Origin: Eledone cirrhosa
Lineage: Eukaryota
Length of the DNA stretch: 64,000 bases
Direction: 5' to 3'
Assembly (NCBI GenBank): GCA_964016885.1
Contig: OZ024742.1
Location: 281,976,001-282,040,000, forward strand
Part shown: positions 56,681 through 64,000 of the stretch, piece by piece
Position numbering within the stretch: the first letter of the stretch is position 1
Layout of the letters: each line of letters opens with the position of its first letter
Translations under genes and position numbers: made by a program
The notes under the pieces: generated by a model
Databases searched by the model: none
The model's input: only the letters and a program-made list of their open reading frames with translations
Told to the model about the DNA's origin: nothing

Positions 56681-57269
56681 AAAAAAAAAAAAGAAACCAA
56701 AAGAGAAAAAATTCTCTTCCTTCCCCCTCCAAAAACAAAATACAGAGGGAAACAAATAAATTAACAAACAAATAAGTTAGGACAGATATGCCACCATCCA
56801 CACCAGCATCACCAACCCCATCACCACAAACACCAACACCATCACCATCATTAACCCCAACACCACCATCACCAACACCACAAAAGTCTCCAAAAAGCGT
56901 AACAGAAACAAACCCACAACAAACGCAAACAAAACAAAACAACCAAAACGATACACACTACACAGCATTAAATTTGAACAACACGCAATTATTACACTAC
57001 ATGCAACACAACACTAGCATCACAGAAAAAGATTACACAACAACCCAAAAGTTCACACCACCTCCACACATACAAATCACTGGCATCACACGGAAAACGT
57101 ACACGGCACTAAAACAAAAATTACCCAAAGACATCGGAGACTTCCGACAAACACTCTCCAGGAGGATTTATAAGGACATCCTTCCGGAGGAGGCCACAAG
57201 CAGTGAAAAGGATGGATAAACCATCCTTCCTCTACGAGAAGTAAGGTAAGTGGTCTTTCCCATCTTTTC

Positions 57270-60200
57270 CACTGTGGACTTGGACAAATCGCATAGGGTC
57301 ATTCAGATCATATCTAGATAGAGTAGTTTGTAGAGAAATAGATAGGTCTAACATAGGCTGTCCACAATTCAAGATAGTCAGCTACACGGACCACAAATTT
57401 GTGATCTGTGTGCTTGACTTAGATAGGCGTCATAGACGAGGACCAGGCTACTGGAAGTTAAACGCCCTTACCAGCGCGCAAGGCCTACAGAGACCGGATT
57501 AGCGAACTAGTTAAGCGGGCGTTGACGGGGGCCATCGTCAACAACAAGTGGTGGTTTGCTCTGAAAAGAGCAATTAGAATAGAGTCCATTAGGTTTAGTA
57601 AGGCTGTAGCAATAGAGAAAAATAGAGCAGAGGGAGAATTAGTTAGAAAATTAGACGAGGCGCTTAGCAAAGGCATCGCGACCGACGTACTTGCGGCGAA
57701 ATTGGCCCTTGACCAATTCTTCAATGCAAAGCACGAAGGCTGCGTTGTCAGAGCTAGGGTGCGTGCTCTCAGACACGAGGGGACGAAAGCCGTTCAATGG
57801 GCCCGAGTGGCGGAGGCGCGTCGTAGCAACAAAGCCACAATCCGGTCTTTGGTGGACTACGACGGGCGCATGCTACTCGATCCCGGGCAAATGTGTGAAG
57901 GTTTTCAGCGACACTTCGCTCAGTTGTTCGGGGGCAGTGGCGGACCGGATCGAGGGATGGACTTTAGTGTCTACCTCGACGGACTGCCGCGGCTCTCGGC
58001 CACTGAGATGGAGTGTTGCGAAAAGCCGATAACAGCCGCTGAAGTACGGGAGGCAATGACTAGCTGCACAAGGGGTAAATCGCCTGGTTTGGATGGACTG
58101 CCCTATGAACTTTACGTACAGATGCCAGACTTGTTCGGCGGCGTCTTGGCGGACGTCTACTGCAACTGGCAACAGAACGGGAGGATCCCCAGCTCGGTGA
58201 GCCGAGGAGCTGTGGCGCTGCTGAGAAAGGATCCGAACAAGGGGGATAACATAAATCATTTTAGGCCCATAACTCTGCTAAACACAGAGTTCAAGATTTT
58301 GGCCAAGGTGCTAGCAAAGAGGTTGTCGCTTGTCGTTGGTGGTCTGGTGGGAGAGGCGCAGACATGCGTCATTCCCGACAGATCCATCCACGACAACCTC
58401 CACCTGATGCGATACATCGTAGAGAGGGTAGCTAGGGAACCTGGCACGGGTGGGTCCTTGATCAATTTAGATCAGTCGAAAGCTTTCGATAGGGTCGACC
58501 ATCGTTACCTAGCGGAAGTCCTGAGGGCGGCTGGCTTTGGGCCCGTCTTCAGAGGCTGGATCGCTGCCATGCACAGTGACATCTGCTCTGTGGTGAGAGT
58601 GAACGGTCACCTTTCGCAACCGTTCAACATCATGCGCTCAGTCCGCCAAGGATGTCCCCTCTTGTCCCTCTTGTACATATTGACTCTCGAGCCATTACTG
58701 CACAAACTGGAGACGTTGAGCGGGTCCCGCGCGAACTAGGATACGGAAGATCCGAGTCAGCATATGCGGACGATGTCACCGTAGTGGTGTCGAACGCCAA
58801 ACACAGCGAGGCGATCGGCACTACACTAAGAGAATACGAAGCGGTGACAGGAGCAATGATCAACCAGGAAAAGTCAGTGGGCCTGCAGCTCGGCACCTGG
58901 AGAGGCAGGTCCATGCCGTCCAACAGCGTCGTCGGGCGCTGGACGGACGGACCAGTTAAATTGCTCGGGGTCTGGTTCGGACTGGATCTCCAGACGGACA
59001 AAAACTGGGACGAGGTTTCGAACAGGGTGGCTTCTCTCACCCAGAAATGGGCCGAGAGGAAGCTATCCCTGAAAGGTCGAGCGGAGGTGGCTAACGTGTA
59101 TAGCCTGACCGTCATACCTTGTCCTAAGCCCCGCCTGGCTGCGCTGGAGCGTTTGCTCTTTCGCTTTTTGTGGAAAGGACGCGCTCCGATGGTCAGGCGG
59201 TCCATCTGCTGTCAACACCCGCTAAGTGGAGGGCTGGGAATGCCGTGGCTGATGATGCGCAGACACGCGCTCAGGCTACGACATCTCCACCTCTTCCTCG
59301 ACGGTGATCAGGTGTGGTCTCCGTTTGCTAGACGCGTCTTTCCCCAGCTTGTCTCCTTGACGGAGCTGCAGGCCTGGGTCAAGCGAAGACCGAGAGGGAG
59401 CGCTTGGAGACTGGAATGTCTTCATGCGCTCACAGCCCTCGACCAATCGGGCAATGTGATCGGTGGAAACTCAACCTTGGCGTTCTATAGAGGATTAGTG
59501 GAGGGGAAGAGCGACGACGTACTTGGGGAAACTCTAGGCGTCGACGAAAATCAAATAGCCAATCTCTTCGGAAGAACTTTTGGGCTGGGGCCTATGGACA
59601 ACTTCCAGAAATCCCTGGCCTGGCAGTGCTACCGAGGAGCTTTGCCAGTTCGGGATAAACTCTACAGGCATGGAGGTGCCGTCGACGAAAATCAACTAGC
59701 CAATCTCTTCGGAAGAACTTTCGGGCTGGGGCCTATGGACAACTTCCAGAAATCCCTGGCCTGGCAGTGCTACCGAGGAGCTTTGCCAATTCGGGATAAA
59801 CTCTACAGGCATGGAGGTGCCGTCAGCCGATGATGTCCGAGATGCGCGCAGGGCGACGAAACCGTCCTGCACGCACTCGTCCAGTGTCCGAGCATTGCTG
59901 GCTTGTTGGTTTATGTCGAACACCTGCTGTCGCGTGTAGGACGGATCCGGCTATCAGCTGAGTCCATCGTGAGGATTGCCCCGCCCTCTTCCTTTAGCCG
60001 GGAAGTCTGGTGGCCATGGCGAAAGAGATAGTATGGTGGACACGTTTGAAAGGGCTGAAGACGAGCACTTACCTCTTCGGTGATGCCCTGATTAAGTTTT
60101 TCAAATTTCATTTGAAAAGGAAAATCAGAGTAGAGAGGGAAGTGCTCTCTTCCCAGCATTTTGTTGAAAGATGGGTGAGAGAAGCAAGAATGGCCCGAGT

Positions 60201-60480
60201 GAATGGGCCTACTCTGAGTATATATCTGTAAATTAAAGGTGGAAAACTGGGAGAGGGCACTTGCGTTGGTGGTCAGGGTCATTGTGGCCTTTTACTGGGC
60301 TTTCTCCACAAATGTCCCTCCGAAGTCTCCCCCCTATTGGGGAATTTTTCATTGTTATTTTTTGTTACATCCTCTGTTTTTGTTTTTTACACGCAGAAAT
60401 GCCCATTTGTACCGTCCTGTATTGTCCTGCACTGTCCTTAATGTCTACTTTATGTAAACCCTTGTGGTTAATAAAGAAAA

Positions 60481-60481
<1 letters not shown>
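57270..60481 (+). mobile_element. L1/Tx1-clade LINE, 5'-truncated, lightly decayed, ending AATAAA plus (ATT)n
   Basis: APE end: WTW..SYLDR..TDH..GPGYWKLN. RT: GKSPGLDGLP.E.Y, FRPITLLN, DQSKAFDRV, VRQGCPL, AYADDV. Zinc knuckle CPRCAQGDETVLHALVQC. Frameshift near 58700-58740, stop at 59831. Confidence 0.92.
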
Positions 60482-60535
<54 letters not shown>

Positions 60536-61384
60536 AGCAGCAGCAGGAGCAGATTTATCATCATCATTTTTGCCAACACATTGATGTGTGTTTCTACAGC
60601 AACACCAGGTCTCCATCTGTACTTCATGTTTGTGAGTATGTAGGTGCGTGTGTGTATGTGAGTGTGTCTTTATGATAACTACAATTATGTTTGCATGCAG
60701 GATCAATTTTGTATGGTTTACTCTGTTGTTTCAGGTGTTGTATTGTTTCGTTTTCTCTGCTGTATTGAGTGGGTATGCAATGTGAGTTGTGTTATTTTCT
60801 TTGGTTAGGTTGGAATTATGTTTGCAAATAGAAGCTCCCGAAAGGGGGATCTTCCGCGGGGTCTTTGGAGTAAAGTTACTCGATAGAGTACGTAGCTTGG
60901 AGATCAGAGGGTCACTCCACGTACAGTCGCTACGTCTCCAAACCGAGAGATTACAACTCTGACAATACGGACATGTGGTTAGAATGTCTCAAGAAAGAAT
61001 CACTGGGCAAGATTTTACGAGGAAAATCAACTGGCAGGAGACCCAGGGGAAGACGCCGAGCAAGAAGAAGAAGAAGAAGAAGAAGAAGAAGAAGAAGAAT
61101 TTACGTTACGTGTATTCAGTGTGTTGGTGTTATGTACTTTAGTGTATGGTGAGGATTTCGTTTCATTTATGCTGAGGGATTGATGTTATGTAGTTTGGTG
61201 TCCAAACATGATTGCGTAGTGCAATGAACCTTAAATTGGATGATACCATTCCTTTAGTGATGCTAGAAGTCTCAAGTAGGTGAATTGGAAGGTGTGGTAA
61301 GAGTTGTTGGAAAACAATGATCAACGAGGAAAGAAAGAAGTAACTGTCACATTTAGTTTAAATGCTTAAATGAAATAAAAAATA

Positions 61385-61991
61385 TTGATTTCTACTATAG
61401 GCACAAAGCCAGCAATTTTGAGGGGGAGGAAAGTCGATTAAATCGACCCCAGTGCATTACTGGTGCTTTATCTTATCGACCTTGTAAGGATGAAAGGTAA
61501 AGCTAACCACGGCGGAATTTTAACTCAGACCGTAAAGGGCCATGAATCTATGCCACAAAGTGTTGCTATTTGAGTTTTAATGTATGATATGTTATCAACT
61601 GTACAGGTAGTAGTCGGTGTTGTTGTGGACGCAACATAGCTGAATGGTTAGAAAGTTCGCATAGTAATCACAAGGTCTCGCGTTCGATCCCATTGCGTGA
61701 CATCTTGGGCAAATGCCCTTTTACCACTGGTTGACACAGGCCTTGTCTCTGAAATTAGGTCAACGGAAACTTTAGAAGCCCATCGGAAGCACCCGTAAAT
61801 TTAAAGTGCCGCGTTGAATTTCTCTGATAGATAAAGTGTGCTTGTCTATGGAATACTCAACCAATTATACTATAATTGTTTCTACTTTTGGCACAAGGCT
61901 AGCTATTATTACCCCAGTGCACTACTGGTACTTTATTTTATCGACTCCGTAAGGATGAAAGGCAAAGTTAACCTCGACGGAATTTGAACTC
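61385..61991. mobile_element. SINE cluster: Nin-like 61385-61560(-) and 61873-61991(-); third tRNA-SINE family 61630-61790(+)
   Basis: 61630 copy has A-box tagctgaatgg, B-box gttcgatccc and cttgggcaaatg..ggaaact..agaagccc. Relatives near 26420-26790, 36980-37085 and 49040-49190. Confidence 0.72.
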
Positions 61992-62256
61992 GAGGTTAAC
62001 CACTTATACTATAATACGGACTAGAATGTACCTGTGCTGCAAAGGGCCAGTCTTTCATTACTAATCATGCAAAATATCCCTGTACATTTGTCTGAGGAAT
62101 GTTAGAGACACTTGCACTTTAATCTCACAAGCAGACAGTTATATTGATTGAATAACTTGAATGCTCATCGTCGAAACAGACGGAGATTTATCCCGGACAA
62201 TAAGTCGGGTCTCAAAACAAGTCTCGTTCCGGATGAATACATACATAGACTTGTAT

Positions 62257-62419
<163 letters not shown>

Positions 62420-62965
62420 ACACTCATCACTGAAAGCGACGGAAGTCCATTCGATTCCATTTCAGCCTCTTGGGAAATGTTTTCTTTTTTTTGTTAATAG
62501 CCTTTGTCCAGACATAGAGAACTACACTTACGACCTTGAAGGTCCTTCTAACGCTTCTTAGATCGATGGCTAACCCACGAAAAGAAACATGACTCCAGTT
62601 GATATCTTTCATTTCCTTACTTTGTTTACTTTCAGGTCAAATAGGTTAAGTTGTATCCGACCACAAAATGTTGTGTTACAGTGAAAATAGTGGAATGTTT
62701 CTGTAACCAATAGGTGGTATACGTTTAACAGTAGCTGCCACCAGGCATACAATAAACATACTTTCCAAACACTCTTATAAACTATTTACATATACTCCAC
62801 ACACATATGGGGGTTTTATTTTTATTTTGTTCTACCTATACTTCATTCTTCATTCACTAATTTTGAATGAATGAAATATATGTGTTTGTGTGTGTTTGTT
62901 TGTGTTTGTCTGTGTGTGTGTATTTGTGTACACATACACCACACAGACATATGTGTATATGTATC

Positions 62966-63010
<45 letters not shown>

Positions 63011-63015
<5 letters not shown>

Positions 63016-63213
63016 AACCAGTAAGACCCCCACGGCTGAGCTCAAGCCGTTTCGACGGCTAATTCTGGACTAAAATTAGTCCAGAATTAGCCGTCGAAAC
63101 GGCTTGAGCTCAGCCGTCGGGGTCTTACTGGTTCCTATTACCCACTCTACTACCCAAAGTATTGAGTACTTTGGTGCGTTATGGTCCACCTGGTTCCTTA
63201 CCACATTCCCTTC

Positions 63214-63216
<3 letters not shown>
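63011..63216 (+). mobile_element. Family H fold-back copy (most complete)
   Basis: Near-perfect hairpin 63011-63138, centre 63074-63075, plus tail 63139-63216. Confidence 0.87.
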
Positions 63217-63290
<74 letters not shown>

Positions 63291-64000
63291 ACATACACAC
63301 ACACACACTCACATATATATAAACATACTCATGTGTGTGTGCCCAAACACTCGAGCACACAGTTAAACACAAGCATATGTTTACAAACACAAATGTATAC
63401 TTAATGTTTCGTTTGTATATATTTGAAGAAACATACATATATTTCATGGTTGGGTATATGTGTAAATAGATATGTATGAGTACAAAGGATCAGCTGATAC
63501 TTAACCTCACATACACACGCGTACATACGTGCATTTTGCATTTACATTCGGGCCCGTACTCACATATCCATGCATGCACATATTCATACACATATATATA
63601 TATGCATACCTATACATACATGATGGCTGCAAACTCTGCTAAGAAGAGTACTGCAATCGCTTGTCATATTATAGAGTTTGGTGCACTTTTAGGCTACCGC
63701 GAGTCACACAAACCTGTAACATAACCTGAACAAGTATACCTGTGCTTTGAAGGGTTTTTTTAAGTGGGGAAAGAACATGCACTCGACCAATCCCACTCTC
63801 TGAGCATCGAAAACCCTACCCGAAAAGGAGAACTGGTCAACATCATCGGATGCTTCCGAAACCGCAGGTTTTTTGTTCAGAGTTTCCCTCTCCTAGAAAG
63901 TTGTGACAACAACTGGAGGCCTTTCACTCCCAAGTGAAAAAAAAAATACTATTTGGATGGTTGTTGACTCTACTGAGTTCCTCCACCCTTTGCCCGGTCT

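Noticed and set aside
61630-61700. tRNA gene
   Set aside because: A and B boxes are present, but there is no cloverleaf and the sequence continues into a SINE body.

Overview
AT-rich animal (eukaryotic) genomic DNA, intronic or intergenic, with no host protein-coding gene I can confidently call. Microsatellite density and the SINE families resemble octopus/coleoid cephalopod DNA (inference from recollection, not a search). Most listed ORFs are microsatellite translation noise. The real content is retroelements: Penelope-like elements (PLEs) with RT and/or GIY-YIG remnants, a decayed near-full-length RTE LINE, a 5'-truncated L1/Tx1 LINE, CRE and R4/Dong-like RLE fragments, and many tRNA-derived SINEs. 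The strongest signal is a recurrent architecture shared by at least 8 families with little obvious sequence similarity, all embedded in (TA)n tracts. Each insertion is a fold-back with arms from about 10 bp to 1.5 kb. One arm carries a unique 35-90 bp tail and the other usually stops at an internal ATAT/TATA that merges into the target. Most carry minimal type I hammerhead ribozyme (HHR) motifs, including C3U/G8A covariants. In one family of about 11 copies, the fold-back centre of the longer copies coincides with the predicted HHR stem II. This suggests a ribozyme-linked, snap-back retrotransposition system that colonises TA microsatellites. All alignments and folds were done by eye.
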